From Atractiella rhizophila (lineage: Eukaryota): a DNA stretch of 64,000 bases. Every line of letters begins with the position of its first letter. The stretch's first letter is position 1. Made by a program: the position numbers and the translations under genes. Shown piece after piece: positions 63,952-64,000 of this stretch. The stretch is from contig MU271412.1 of NCBI GenBank assembly GCA_021432655.1, positions 1 to 64,000 of the forward strand, written 5' to 3'. Below the pieces are notes generated by a model. The model made no database searches and was not told the DNA's origin. It saw only the letters and a list, made by a program, of their open reading frames with translations.

Positions 63952-64000
63952 ATTTTTTGGGTACTCTTCTCAGACTTGGTGATTTCTGAGCGTGGTTGGG

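Overview
This is the left end of an intron-rich fungal chromosome; gene content and short GT-AG introns point to a basidiomycete, although the taxon cannot be proven from the sequence. A (CCCTAA)n telomere (1-95) runs almost directly into a ~5.4 kb lesion-rich subtelomere holding a broken F-box/LRR-like gene and a nuclease-like+protein-kinase-like gene, both with diverged paralogs inside the window. The rest mixes housekeeping genes (Bud4/anillin-like, PDX3, SFT2, ERV2, DPH5, REX4, TM9/EMP70, two intron-containing tRNA-Arg genes) with accessory genes. The accessory set comprises an L-amino-acid-oxidase-like flavoprotein, two P450s, an SDR, a bestrophin-like channel, a DM9-repeat protein, an epoxide hydrolase, DUF427, GT8, two SnoaL-like genes, two further F-box/LRR-like genes and small secreted proteins. 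The most interesting items are: (1) a three-member PD-(D/E)xK-like+kinase family, two members of which form a tandem pair with apparently reciprocal domain losses; (2) a spliced WRKY/FAR1-like zinc finger+SAM-like gene invisible in the ORF track; (3) a 1.57 kb tandem duplication with a divergence gradient; (4) a predicted 7-nt micro-exon and 29-nt intron; (5) a 96-bp duplication that doubles a splice acceptor; (6) unusually long introns in several genes. All gene models and family assignments were made by eye, without database searches.
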